From assembly GCA_030694905.1 (NCBI GenBank), contig JAUYTY010000211.1:3652-67651 (forward strand): a stretch of DNA of 64,000 nt. The letters are read 5' to 3'. Origin of the DNA: Eubacteriales bacterium (GTDB taxonomy: Bacteria > Bacillota > Clostridia > Tissierellales > Dethiosulfatibacteraceae). The stretch's first letter is position 1. Every line of letters begins with the position of its first letter. Positions 8,435 to 18,560 of this stretch are shown here, in pieces. The notes beneath the pieces were generated by a model. It saw nothing but the letters and a program-made list of their open reading frames with translations, was not told the origin of the DNA and made no database searches. The position numbers and the translations under genes were made by a program.

Positions 8435-10027
8435 TCAATCTATGTGTTTTTTTAATACAATACCCTTATATGCACCTGAATGGCAATCATCTCGAATGAC
8501 TATCCCACCGCCAATGATTACCAGCTTGATGCCCGAGGCGAACTGATTGTATCCTGTCGTCGAAGGACTCTCTTTGAAATCCTCTTTCGAGAAGACGGTA
8601 ATATCTGCTTTGAAGTCTTTTTTCAGAAGACCGCGTTTTTTAAGACCCAGCCGTTTGGCCGGCAATCCGGTGATTCGGTGGATTGCTTCCTGTAACGTCA
8701 ACAGTCCGGTATTGGATACATACTCGTCAAGAAACCTTGGAACCCATCCGTAGCAACCAGGTGACCACCTGATGTGTCTTAAAGGACCCTTGTCCGATAA
8801 CGACACCCCGTCGGATATCACACCTGCTTGCCCGAGTTTCAAAAAACTCGCAATGTTCTTTTTAGATTTTATTTTGCCCATCATCAATGCGCCAAACATA
8901 TCTGACCCTTCGGCAATCAACAAATCCATCATGGCATCAAAGGGATCAATATGCAGTGCGTTGCCTATTTTCTGGAAAGTCATTCCCTTGAACTCAGGTG
9001 ATTTTACCGTATGATACAATAGAATCTCATCCCATTTGTCATCTCTTATTAGCAGCCAAAATGGCTTTTTCTGGTTTCTGACACTGTCCCTGACAGACTT
9101 ATCCCTCAATAGCTTAGCAATCTGATCGGGTCTGTTCCTAAGTAGCTCATTGGGCAGTATGGCGGTCATGGTAGTCGGTCCCCACTCATACGGGATGACA
9201 TCACATGCCATATCCAGACTGCTGCCATAATGATGCATTCTGTCCAAAACCCATTCGGTAGCCTCTTCAGGGGCGCCATATTTTGGCACCGCATGAGATA
9301 TCTGTAGCCTGACACCTGTTTTATTTGCCGTGTCGAAAGCCTCTCCATAGCCCTTCTGATATTGCTCATCCCTATTTCTGACATGGGTGGCGTATAGGCC
9401 ATCATATCTTTTGACGATATCACATAGCCCGAAAATCTCTTTCCTGTCCGCACTATTCCCTGGGAAATACTCGAGCCCGGTGGAGAAACCAAATGATCCG
9501 CATTCCATGCTTTCTTCCAGTAGCCTTTTCATGCTTTGTATTTCGCTGCTTGAGGCTTCCCTATTCTCGAATCCCATCACATAGCTTCTGATGGCAGCAT
9601 GACCCGTTAGAGGAACTACATTGATGCCCAATGGTCTGTTCTGAAGATCATCAAAGTAGTCTTTCGAATTTTTCCATTCAGGCCTGTATCCTTCAACATG
9701 GCAGAAAACATTTCGCTTCAGGTGTTCCAGGCTTTTAAAAGGGGTGCAGGATAATCCGCAATTTCCAATTACCTCTGTTGTGACACCTTGTCTGACAAAG
9801 CTTTCAGCTTTTCCATCCAAAAGAAGCGTATAATCTGAATGGCTGTGCATATCAATAAAGCCAGGCGTGACGTATAAACCTTCCGCATCGAATGCTTCCT
9901 TGCTGATGGCATCGCCTAATAAACCGATTTCAACTATTCTGCCATCCTTGACAGCAATATCCAGTTTCTGTTCTGGTGAACCGGTGCCATCTATCACTTT
10001 CCCATTTAGAATAATCAGATCAAACAT
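8435..10027 (-). CDS. D-aminoacylase / N-acyl-D-amino-acid deacylase family amidohydrolase
   Basis: 530 aa. MFDLIILNGKVIDGTG...VTPGFIDMHSHSD is the typical N-terminus of the D-aminoacylase branch of the amidohydrolase superfamily. Confidence 0.75.
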   Translation of the reverse strand: MFDLIILNGKVIDGTGSPEQKLDIAVKDGRIVEIGLLGDAISKEAFDAEGLYVTPGFIDMHSHSDYTLLLDGKAESFVRQGVTTEVIGNCGLSCTPFKSLEHLKRNVFCHVEGYRPEWKNSKDYFDDLQNRPLGINVVPLTGHAAIRSYVMGFENREASSSEIQSMKRLLEESMECGSFGFSTGLEYFPGNSADRKEIFGLCDIVKRYDGLYATHVRNRDEQYQKGYGEAFDTANKTGVRLQISHAVPKYGAPEEATEWVLDRMHHYGSSLDMACDVIPYEWGPTTMTAILPNELLRNRPDQIAKLLRDKSVRDSVRNQKKPFWLLIRDDKWDEILLYHTVKSPEFKGMTFQKIGNALHIDPFDAMMDLLIAEGSDMFGALMMGKIKSKKNIASFLKLGQAGVISDGVSLSDKGPLRHIRWSPGCYGWVPRFLDEYVSNTGLLTLQEAIHRITGLPAKRLGLKKRGLLKKDFKADITVFSKEDFKESPSTTGYNQFASGIKLVIIGGGIVIRDDCHSGAYKGIVLKKHID

Positions 10028-10051
10028 ACCAATTCCCTTGTATTAAGCTGT

Positions 10052-11347
10052 TTATTTATCGGTTAGACACCAGTCGATTATAATGGAAGCCAGCATCTTT
10101 ATGCCGTCAACAAATTCCTTTTCATCGACCCACTCTGTCCAATCCGCACCGTAAAGCCCGCCGCATAAGGGGCCGATTCCTGCAGTCGGTGTATTGCCGT
10201 AAACGATTGGATGGCGTATATCGCTTGCACCGTGATATTGATAGATGAAGCTTTCAACGCCATTGACGCTTGAAATGTTTTTTTCTATTGTCCTGACAAT
10301 ATCCGAATCCTTCGATACCATTGCAGGTGTCGCTCTAAGGTTGAGTATCTCGATTTCAGGAGGATTGACGGACAGCCAGTCGTCACCGGCAAAACGCTTA
10401 TGAAAATAATCCTTTAATTCTTCCAGTACCGAATATATTGTTTCTTCTTCACCAAAATACAGTCTTGATTTGATTGTGTATGTCATGGGATCCCTGCCAA
10501 CTTTGATACCGGCTTCAGCTGTGCTGATATTCAGCTTGGTCTTAGGTGTGCCGGCATAAGTTCCCTCTGTGAACAGAATTCTTTCTCTTCTAGCCTTGTC
10601 CCAATCCGACATGGCTTCTACCACCATTGAACCTTTTTTGATGGCGTTGACTTCACTGTTATCCAGTTCGTCATTCTCCCTGCCTTCAGATCCTTTTATT
10701 GTGACTGAAAAATCAACGGTACCCATGGAATAGATTTTAACCTCTGTGTAGCCATGGCCGGTTTCAGCAGGATGCAGATAGATACCGCCATCCGCCTTAT
10801 AACCTTTGGCTATGGCACTCAACGTTCCAGCCGAGCCGCCTCGTTTTCCAAGAACACTCATCACTATCAGGTCTCCGTCAAGGTCTGTCTCTTTTAAAAC
10901 GGCCTCTACTGCCAGCATGATGGTTGCCATCCCTGATTTGTCGTCAGCTATTCCATGGCCGTATAGCCTGTTGTTTACTCTCTTGAGATCGTATACACTC
11001 GCAATATCAGCTGATTCGCAGGTTTCAGTATCAATATGGGCAAACAGCATCAGTGATTTGCCCTGTCCCTTGCCTGATTTTATACCCACAAGATTATAGG
11101 CTCTCTCATCCACTTTTTCCCCTTCATTCAATGGGCAATAGTCTGCGTAATCCTCGACTCCTGCCGTGTTTCCGGAGAATTTATCTATATTCAAGCCAAG
11201 CTCTTCCATCTTTTGCAATATCAATTCCTGGGCAAGCGTGGGTTGACCGTTCTCGCTAGGAAGTCTCACCAAGGAACCTAAAAATTTGATTGCTTTATCA
11301 TTGTCTATTTTGGAACTGACTTTTTCTTTCAATTTTTCTTTATTCAT
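10052..11347 (-). CDS. M20 family metallopeptidase (ArgE/DapE/ACY1/CPG2-like)
   Basis: HIDTE and GHGIADDKSG motifs. Start moved to MNKEKLKEK (ATG rc of 11345..11347). Confidence 0.8.
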   Translation of the reverse strand: MNKEKLKEKVSSKIDNDKAIKFLGSLVRLPSENGQPTLAQELILQKMEELGLNIDKFSGNTAGVEDYADYCPLNEGEKVDERAYNLVGIKSGKGQGKSLMLFAHIDTETCESADIASVYDLKRVNNRLYGHGIADDKSGMATIMLAVEAVLKETDLDGDLIVMSVLGKRGGSAGTLSAIAKGYKADGGIYLHPAETGHGYTEVKIYSMGTVDFSVTIKGSEGRENDELDNSEVNAIKKGSMVVEAMSDWDKARRERILFTEGTYAGTPKTKLNISTAEAGIKVGRDPMTYTIKSRLYFGEEETIYSVLEELKDYFHKRFAGDDWLSVNPPEIEILNLRATPAMVSKDSDIVRTIEKNISSVNGVESFIYQYHGASDIRHPIVYGNTPTAGIGPLCGGLYGADWTEWVDEKEFVDGIKMLASIIIDWCLTDK

Positions 11348-11470
11348 TCTATTCCAGTCCTTCCTTATTGTAATCGTGCTAAAATCAAAATCATATCTGC
11401 GCATCATTTATCAAACCTGTCCTGCGACAGTTCTTGGAACTTTTAATCCGTTCTCATTTCTGTTATTAAC

Positions 11471-11522
11471 AGTCAGGGCATAGACAAGGTTTGGGTGGAT
11501 AGTATGCCTATGCCCCGACTGA
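11471..11522 (-). terminator. Long stem-loop (13 of 14 bp) between the binding-protein gene and the M20 gene; weak terminator or mRNA stabiliser
   Basis: CAGTCAGGGCATAG ... CTATGCCCCGACTG inverted repeat. No clear U-tract follows it on the minus strand. Confidence 0.4.
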
Positions 11523-11563
11523 AATCAACAGGGTTTATCGTTTAATTAACTAAAAAAAACTTA

Positions 11564-13261
11564 TTATTCTGCGAAGTCTGCGAATATAAAGTCAGGATCC
11601 GGCGATCTGATTCCACCTTTAAAAATGTTGATCAGGTCATCTCTCTTGGCCCAGGCACCACCTGCGTTGTAAACAGGTACGAGTGGTCCTTCATCCATCA
11701 GACGCACTAAAGCCTCATATAAGAGTTCTGCTCTCTTCTCTGGATCTACTTCTGAATCTGATGCTGCAATCAGCGCATCATATTCTGCTGAAGCGTATCT
11801 TGTGTCATTCAATCCGTTTTCCGAAGTCAATCTTGTCAAGTATCCTATTGGATCAGGATTGGATGATGCAATACCTGCAAACACGATGTCATAATCTCCG
11901 GCTGTCATCATGTCCCATCTTTGTCTTGACTGTACCAATGTAATATCGAGGTTCAATCCCAGATTTGTGAACAGCATGTCCTGAATAATCTCACCCATCA
12001 ATCTTCTATCCGGTCTGTCATCAGTCAGGTACTTGATTGTTGGGATATCTGCTCTTGCCACGCCAAGCTCTTCGAGTGCTTTGGCAAGATATTCCTCAGC
12101 TTTGACCAAATCTGCGGTTTTCGGATAGAATTCATTGTTGAATTTCTCTCCCCACAATTCCCCATTGGTTACCATAGCTTTTGGAACGTAGCTAAGCGCT
12201 GGTATGGATCCATCATTAAGAGCTGCTTTGATAAATAGTTCTCTGTCTATTGCATGGCCGATTGCTTTTCTGAAATTGGCATTTGCTAGAAACTTGGCTG
12301 CGGGACTAGTGCTATCAAGATTAAACTCCATCCACATAGTGGTACCAGAGGTTGTATAAATAGCTCTTCCCAATCCATCCATTGCAGGAATCAAGTCCTT
12401 AGGTATATCAGCATAGTCAAGCTCGCCATTTTGGAACATCAGGATTGCTGTGTTTCCGTCTCCTATGACATAAAGCTCTATTCTGTCAAGCTTTATAGCA
12501 TCCTTATTCCAGTAGTTTTCATTCTTTTCAAAGATAAATCTGTCTTCCGGTTTCCACTCAACCAGAACAAAAGGTCCGTTACCGATAAGCTTGTCTGTAG
12601 AAGTAGCAAATTCCACACCATATTTTTCAGTGAAGTCTTTTCTGTTTGGATTGAACAGATTTGATGAAACATAGTCTAGAAAATATGGATAAGGTTTTTC
12701 CAAGGTGTATTCTACTGTGTAGTCATCGAGTGCTTTAACGCCTACCATAGTGGGATCCGTCACTTCGCCTTTGTTGAATGCCTCACCGTTTTTCAGGACA
12801 AATCCATAAAACGCCATGCTTCCGTTAGGAGCCGGTGGGGTAGGGTCAATCAGCCTGATTGCGCCATATACATAATCATGGGCTGTCAAAGGTTGTCCAT
12901 CTGACCATTTCGCATCCTTTCTCATGTGGAAAGTGTAGACCAGTCCATCTGCTGAGACTTCCCAGGTTTCAGCGCCACCAGGTATAAACTCAAAATTATG
13001 ATTTCTGATGATCGGATCATATATCAATGATCTTACCTGTGAAGCATTGACGTCCTGACCGGCTTGCGTGTCAAGACTGGCTGGCTCGGCAGCTAATCGA
13101 CCTCTAAGGACTTTTGGCTCTGCCGGCGGCGCTTGCGTTTCCGTCGGACCTGCTGTTGTAGCAGGAGCTGCCGTAGTTTGTTGACCCGGTGTCGTGCATG
13201 CGGAAAGCACAAATGCCAGTACCAGAATCAACACTAGAATTGATTTCAGATTCTTTTTCAT
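11564..13261 (-). CDS. ABC transporter substrate-binding lipoprotein, family 5 (peptide/nickel; OppA/DppA-like)
   Basis: Start set to MKKNLKSILVLILVLAFVLSAC (lipobox LSAC), preceded by AAGAGGAGAA. Pro/Thr/Ala-rich linker followed by a family-5 SBP body. Confidence 0.85.
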   Translation of the reverse strand: MKKNLKSILVLILVLAFVLSACTTPGQQTTAAPATTAGPTETQAPPAEPKVLRGRLAAEPASLDTQAGQDVNASQVRSLIYDPIIRNHNFEFIPGGAETWEVSADGLVYTFHMRKDAKWSDGQPLTAHDYVYGAIRLIDPTPPAPNGSMAFYGFVLKNGEAFNKGEVTDPTMVGVKALDDYTVEYTLEKPYPYFLDYVSSNLFNPNRKDFTEKYGVEFATSTDKLIGNGPFVLVEWKPEDRFIFEKNENYWNKDAIKLDRIELYVIGDGNTAILMFQNGELDYADIPKDLIPAMDGLGRAIYTTSGTTMWMEFNLDSTSPAAKFLANANFRKAIGHAIDRELFIKAALNDGSIPALSYVPKAMVTNGELWGEKFNNEFYPKTADLVKAEEYLAKALEELGVARADIPTIKYLTDDRPDRRLMGEIIQDMLFTNLGLNLDITLVQSRQRWDMMTAGDYDIVFAGIASSNPDPIGYLTRLTSENGLNDTRYASAEYDALIAASDSEVDPEKRAELLYEALVRLMDEGPLVPVYNAGGAWAKRDDLINIFKGGIRSPDPDFIFADFAE

Positions 13262-13315
13262 AAATTTTCTCCTCTTAATTATTTTTTTTATGATCAAATG
13301 TTGTTTTTTCAACAT

Positions 13316-14293
13316 CTAATTAACTAGGTGACATGCCACAAAATGGCCAGGACTTACCTCTCTCAATATAGGTGCTTCTTCCGAGCAATCACCGGACGCA
13401 TGAGGGCATCTGTTCTTGAATTTGCAGCCCGGAGGCGTGTTGATCGGGCTGGGTACTTCTCCTTGCAGCAGCATCCTTTGTCTATTGGCTGATAGAATTG
13501 GATCTGCAATCGGTATGGCAGAAAGCAAGGACTGTGTGTATGGATGCAGTGGATTTTTATACAAATCGTTGCTCTCAGTCAGTTCCACCACAGAACCTAG
13601 ATACATTACCGCAACTCTGTCTGAAATATGCTTCACCATACTCAAATCATGGGCGATAAACAGATAGGTCAAGCCAAACTCCCTTTGCAGCCTCATCAGC
13701 AGATTGACAATCTGTGACTGCACCGAGACATCCAGAGCTGAAATAGGCTCATCACAGACGATGAATTTTGGCTCGATGGCCAATGCTCTGGCAATTCCGA
13801 TTCTCTGTCGCTGCCCCCCTGAGAATTCGTGGGGAAACCGATTTATATGCTCTTTGTTCAATCCTACCAGGTTCAGAAGCTCAAAAACCCGATTGGTTCT
13901 ATCCTTTTGTTTGTATAGATTATGGATTACCATGCCCTCGGCTATGATTTCTCCTGTTGTCATCCGTGCATCAAGGGATGTGTAGGGATCTTGAAATATC
14001 ATTTGCATTTCTCTTGTTATCCCCTTGTAATCCTTTTTACTGTAATGAGAGATGTCTTTGCCTTCAAAAATGACTTGACCTTCTGTCTGTTGATAAATCC
14101 TATTCACAACACGACCAAGCGTGGTCTTGCCGCAGCCTGATTCTCCTACCAATCCCAAGGTTTCACCTTTATTGATGTAGAAGCTTACGTCATCAACTGC
14201 CTTTAGAATTCTACCCCTGCTCATGGAAAAATACTTTTTAATGTTGTTGATTTCAACCAATTTCTCAAAATTATTCAAGGGTTTCACCTCCAT
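13316..14293 (-). CDS. Peptide ABC transporter ATP-binding protein (OppF/DppF-like)
   Basis: Walker A GESGCGKTT, signature SGGQRQR and the C-terminal oligopeptide-type extension. Start chosen at MEVKPLNN. Confidence 0.85.
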   Translation of the reverse strand: MEVKPLNNFEKLVEINNIKKYFSMSRGRILKAVDDVSFYINKGETLGLVGESGCGKTTLGRVVNRIYQQTEGQVIFEGKDISHYSKKDYKGITREMQMIFQDPYTSLDARMTTGEIIAEGMVIHNLYKQKDRTNRVFELLNLVGLNKEHINRFPHEFSGGQRQRIGIARALAIEPKFIVCDEPISALDVSVQSQIVNLLMRLQREFGLTYLFIAHDLSMVKHISDRVAVMYLGSVVELTESNDLYKNPLHPYTQSLLSAIPIADPILSANRQRMLLQGEVPSPINTPPGCKFKNRCPHASGDCSEEAPILREVSPGHFVACHLVN

Positions 14294-15302
14294 GTCTACC
14301 CGGTCTTGTGACTGCAGGTGCATTTTCGTGTTTTAGCCAGCAGGCGCTCTTGTGAATGCCCCCACAATCAAATAAAGGAGGCTGCTGCTTATAGCAAATT
14401 TTCATGGCATATTCACATCTTGCCGCAAAGCCGCAACCAACCGGTGGTTTAAACAGATCCGGAGGTGTACCTGTGATGGCTTTCAAATCGGTTTTGTTGG
14501 TGTCTGTCAATTTGGGAATCGAGTTCAGCAATCCCCAAGTATAAGGATGTCCGGATTCATAAAAAATCTCATTTACTGTCCCAATCTCAACAATTTTCCC
14601 TGCATACATGACTGCTATGCGATTGGCCATATCCACCACTACGCCAAGGTCATGGGTGATCAATACGATTGAGGTGTTAAGCTTGTTCTTTAAGTCTCTA
14701 AGCAGATCAAGAATCTGTGCCTGAATGGTCACGTCCAACGCTGTGGTCGGTTCGTCGGCTATCAGCAATTTCGGGTTGCAGGACAAGGCTATGGCGATGC
14801 ATACCCTTTGCCGCATCCCGCCACTGAACTCGTGAGGGTACTGCTTCATCCTTCCCGATGCATTCGGTATGCCGCAGAGCTCCAAAATATCCACAGCTTT
14901 CTTATATGCCTCTGACCTGCTGACACTGGTATGTTTTACGATGCTCTCAATAATCTGATTGCCGATTTGCATGGTGGGATTCAAGGATGTCATAGGATCC
15001 TGCAATATGACTGCGATTTCTGAGCCTCTTATATTTTCCATTTGCCTTTGTGTGAAATCGATCAGATTCTTGTCTTCGTATATTATTTTACCGCCTTTGT
15101 AGACTGCTGGTGGAGAGGGCAGCAATTTGACTGTGGAGAGAAAGGATACACTCTTGCCGCAGCCTGACTCACCGACGATCGCGAGAACCTCGCCCTTGTA
15201 CAATTCAATGCTGATGTCCCGTACCGCTTCTATCTCGCCTTCATAGGTTGCAAAGGATATGGATAAATTTTGTATAGATAGTATAGTTTCTTTATTATTC
15301 AT
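14271..15302 (-). CDS. Peptide ABC transporter ATP-binding protein (OppD/DppD-like)
   Basis: Walker A GESGCGKS, signature SGGMRQR and Walker [13 protein letters not shown]. Confidence 0.85.
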   Translation of the reverse strand: MNNKETILSIQNLSISFATYEGEIEAVRDISIELYKGEVLAIVGESGCGKSVSFLSTVKLLPSPPAVYKGGKIIYEDKNLIDFTQRQMENIRGSEIAVILQDPMTSLNPTMQIGNQIIESIVKHTSVSRSEAYKKAVDILELCGIPNASGRMKQYPHEFSGGMRQRVCIAIALSCNPKLLIADEPTTALDVTIQAQILDLLRDLKNKLNTSIVLITHDLGVVVDMANRIAVMYAGKIVEIGTVNEIFYESGHPYTWGLLNSIPKLTDTNKTDLKAITGTPPDLFKPPVGCGFAARCEYAMKICYKQQPPLFDCGGIHKSACWLKHENAPAVTRPGRHGGETLE

Positions 15303-15310
15303 CGATATAC

Positions 15311-16258
15311 CTACTTTCTTAATTTAGGGTCTAAGGCATCTCTCAATCCATCACCAAACAATTGCAGCGCTAGCATCATGGTGCTGATGAAGAATGCCGG
15401 TATCAATAGCTGATAAGGGTGTACCTGCATGACTTGTCCTCCTGCATTTGCCAACTGCCCCCAGCTGGTCATCGGTGGCTTGACTCCCAAGCCTATGTAG
15501 CTCAGAAAAGCCTCTGTGAATATAGCCTGCGGTATTCTCATGGTCAATGTAACGATTATGACTCCTGACATATTAGGAATAAGATGCTTTAGGATCAGCC
15601 TTGATGAACTCGCTCCCATTGCTTTTGCGGCAGTCATAAAATCCTGCTCCTTCAACTGAAGAACCTGACCCCTGACCAGCCTTGCCATTCCAAGCCATCC
15701 GGTAATTGCAAATGTGATAATGATAGGAAAGAGTCCCGATCCGATTACCATCATAATCAATATGACAAATATTAAAAAGGGTATGCCGCTTAATATATCA
15801 ACAATTCTCATTATGACCAAATCCAGGTTTCCTCCGAAATAACCCGCTACGCCTCCGATCAGAATTCCCAAAAATGTTTGAACGAGGGCTGCTACCAAAC
15901 CTATAAAAAGTGAAATCCTCGCACCTACCCACACTCTTGCCCATAAATCTCTACCTAACACATCTGTTCCGAACCAGTGCTGGGCATTTGGCCTGATATT
16001 GGTCTCCATCAGATAATTTGTCCGATAGCTGAAAGATGTCATCCATGGACCGATGATTGCCATTATCGTATAAATAATGATGATACATAGACCTATCATT
16101 GCAAGCTTGTTTTTTCTCAATCTCCTCCAGGCATCCTTCCAATAACCTACACTAGGTCTGTTGACAACCTCACTGACATACTCGTCTTTACCTAAAACGC
16201 CAAATTCCTCTAACGGAATATCCACCAAACCTAAAACGTCACTCATGATATCACTCAT
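15311..16258 (-). CDS. Peptide ABC transporter permease (OppC/DppC-like)
   Basis: 315 aa multi-pass membrane protein with the N-terminal OppC-type extension and an EAA-loop region. Confidence 0.8.
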   Translation of the reverse strand: MSDIMSDVLGLVDIPLEEFGVLGKDEYVSEVVNRPSVGYWKDAWRRLRKNKLAMIGLCIIIIYTIMAIIGPWMTSFSYRTNYLMETNIRPNAQHWFGTDVLGRDLWARVWVGARISLFIGLVAALVQTFLGILIGGVAGYFGGNLDLVIMRIVDILSGIPFLIFVILIMMVIGSGLFPIIITFAITGWLGMARLVRGQVLQLKEQDFMTAAKAMGASSSRLILKHLIPNMSGVIIVTLTMRIPQAIFTEAFLSYIGLGVKPPMTSWGQLANAGGQVMQVHPYQLLIPAFFISTMMLALQLFGDGLRDALDPKLRK

Positions 16259-16275
16259 GTTTTTTCACCTCAAAA

Positions 16276-17199
16276 TCAATTTTTTTTGTCTACTCTTATT
16301 CTAGGGTCTATGAAGCCATATAGAATATCTACTAAGAATTGGCTAAAAACCAGGAAGGTGCCATAAACTATGGTCAACCCTGAAATCATGGGATAATCCA
16401 AGTTCTGTATCCCCATAACATAGTGCTTGCCCATGCCAGGGATTGCGAATATGTTTTCAATAACAAATGTCCCTGTCAATAAGCTTGCAACAGTCATTCC
16501 TAAAATTGTAACAATCGGCAATATGGCATTCCGGATCTGATGTTTCCATGTGATTTGAAACTGGCTTAATCCTTTTGCCTTGGCATTTTTAATATAATCC
16601 ATTCCCACAACATCCAGCATGCTTGTTCTCATCAATCTGGCCAATACAGCCAGTGTCCCTAAAGACAGGGCAAAGGTGGGCAGAATCGTATGCATGAAGG
16701 ATCTATATTGCGCTACCGGAAATAGTCCAAGTTTAAAAGACAAGAAGTACTGAAGCAGGCTGGCCATGATAAAGCTGGGAACTGAAACCCCTACAATGGC
16801 AATAAGCATTGTCAGACCATCCCATTTTTTATCCTTGTTTAGAGCAGAGGTGATCCCCAGAAATAATCCAGCAAAAGCTGCTGTGAAGAGTGCCCTTAGA
16901 CCTAAATCCAACGAATAAGGAAACGAGTCTGCAATTATTCTGTTAACAGTCCTGCCTTTAAAACGCAAAGAGTATCCCAGATCGCCTTGCATCAAATTTT
17001 TCATATAGAGTCCATACTGCTCCAGCACCGGTCTATCTAATCCGTAATAGGACAGCATCCTCAATCTGATCTCATCGGGAACCAACGGATCACTAAAGGG
17101 ATCCCCAGGCAATAAGCGGACCAAAACAAAGACAATCGTTATGAGTACCAATATTGTTACAACTGATATGAAGAATCTTTTTACTATATATTTACCCAT
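16276..17199 (-). CDS. Peptide ABC transporter permease (OppB/DppB-like)
   Basis: MGKYIVKRFF... is the typical OppB N-terminus. Start set to the ATG 8 nt after GGAG. Confidence 0.8.
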   Translation of the reverse strand: MGKYIVKRFFISVVTILVLITIVFVLVRLLPGDPFSDPLVPDEIRLRMLSYYGLDRPVLEQYGLYMKNLMQGDLGYSLRFKGRTVNRIIADSFPYSLDLGLRALFTAAFAGLFLGITSALNKDKKWDGLTMLIAIVGVSVPSFIMASLLQYFLSFKLGLFPVAQYRSFMHTILPTFALSLGTLAVLARLMRTSMLDVVGMDYIKNAKAKGLSQFQITWKHQIRNAILPIVTILGMTVASLLTGTFVIENIFAIPGMGKHYVMGIQNLDYPMISGLTIVYGTFLVFSQFLVDILYGFIDPRIRVDKKN

Positions 17200-17225
17200 G
17201 TTCACATCTCCTGAAATTCAACGTA

Positions 17226-18536
17226 TTATTTGATCAGATAAAATTCTGTTTGCCTGCCACCTATAAAATATGTCTTATCATCTACAAATGCAATTTGCTC
17301 TTCCAATGCCAGAATGACCTCTTGATCCCATTCGGGCACGTAGTATCTGTTGTTCAGCTCCAACGCGTAGCATGTGTTGTTATAAATCGGATAATCCCCT
17401 TTACCGTCAATCCACTCCTGATTGTCCCAGAGTCCTATAGTCGGCCCCGCGCCATGGTCCTCAAGGCCTATGGGATGGGCATAAATGCTAGGCTTAAGCC
17501 CTTCTTCAATGGCTCTCTTCCTGGCTCTTTGAAGGACTTCGTTGCCTGTGACCCCTTCCTTGAATTCCTCACATACAATATCCTGAAGTCTGTTGGCTGC
17601 CTTCATTGCATCCTTAAGACCCTCGGGTGCATCAGTCTCGCCGTTTCTTAAAATATAGGCGTTTTGCTGTATGTCGGTGAATAGTCCCAGATACTGCATG
17701 CCACAATCGCATCTGACCAAATCTCCAGGCAGGATCACAGTGTTCTTTAAAGGCTCTGTGTTCTGACCTTCTTTAGGTTTCCATTCAGAATCGACAAAGC
17801 AACCGCCTGACGGAGAAAAATATCCCTTTCTCTGTACTTTTATATACCCTATTCCAAAATAGACGGAATAATCCCTGAACCATTTCAAAATATCAACGTC
17901 TTTTGTGACGCCTGGGTGGAGAACTCTTTCGGAAAAACCCTCGGCTATTATGCCCTTGGTCATTGACGATATGCCTTCATAGATAGCAAGCTCCCGCTCT
18001 ATTCTCTTCTCCATGTAGCCAACTACCAATTTGCCAGCGCTTGTAATCCTTTCTGATAACTCTGGACCGAGTGCAGCCACCGTTTTCTTGTAGAGGGAAT
18101 GGCTGATGCCATCACCAAATGAAAAGTGATCCGAATAATTCAACCCAATTACCTTTGGATTGATTTCCTTGACGATTTTGCTCAGGCATTGCCATTGGTC
18201 CTCTCCGCTTTCAGCATTCCACAGCATTTCATAATGGCCCTCAATTTCGATTTCATATCTGCATATGCAGCCAGTCCAAAGCTTTTCATCTCTGATCCCT
18301 ATCAGCAAAATACTTGTTCTTCTGGCTAGCTTATTGCCTGTCAGAGATTCCCATACAGGATCATTGTTGCATTCATTGGCTGGTATGATCCACAGATCTA
18401 TTACTTCTCTCTTAAGCAAGTCCAATAATAAACCATCCAATCTGTCCTTAACGATGCTTCTTGTTATCATATCCTGTTGCGCTTTTCCCAAAATCTTCTT
18501 GTTCCAGTCATAAACCGTTGTGTATTTGCCTTCCAT
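17226..18536 (-). CDS. M24 family metallopeptidase (creatinase/prolidase fold), paralog A
   Basis: 436 aa. C-terminal pita-bread motifs (LVRCDCG..., HPIGLEDHGAGP). Similar along its length to 19970..21220. Confidence 0.7.
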   Translation of the reverse strand: MEGKYTTVYDWNKKILGKAQQDMITRSIVKDRLDGLLLDLLKREVIDLWIIPANECNNDPVWESLTGNKLARRTSILLIGIRDEKLWTGCICRYEIEIEGHYEMLWNAESGEDQWQCLSKIVKEINPKVIGLNYSDHFSFGDGISHSLYKKTVAALGPELSERITSAGKLVVGYMEKRIERELAIYEGISSMTKGIIAEGFSERVLHPGVTKDVDILKWFRDYSVYFGIGYIKVQRKGYFSPSGGCFVDSEWKPKEGQNTEPLKNTVILPGDLVRCDCGMQYLGLFTDIQQNAYILRNGETDAPEGLKDAMKAANRLQDIVCEEFKEGVTGNEVLQRARKRAIEEGLKPSIYAHPIGLEDHGAGPTIGLWDNQEWIDGKGDYPIYNNTCYALELNNRYYVPEWDQEVILALEEQIAFVDDKTYFIGGRQTEFYLIK

Positions 18537-18560
18537 TTCGCATTCTCCTTTTTTATTTGC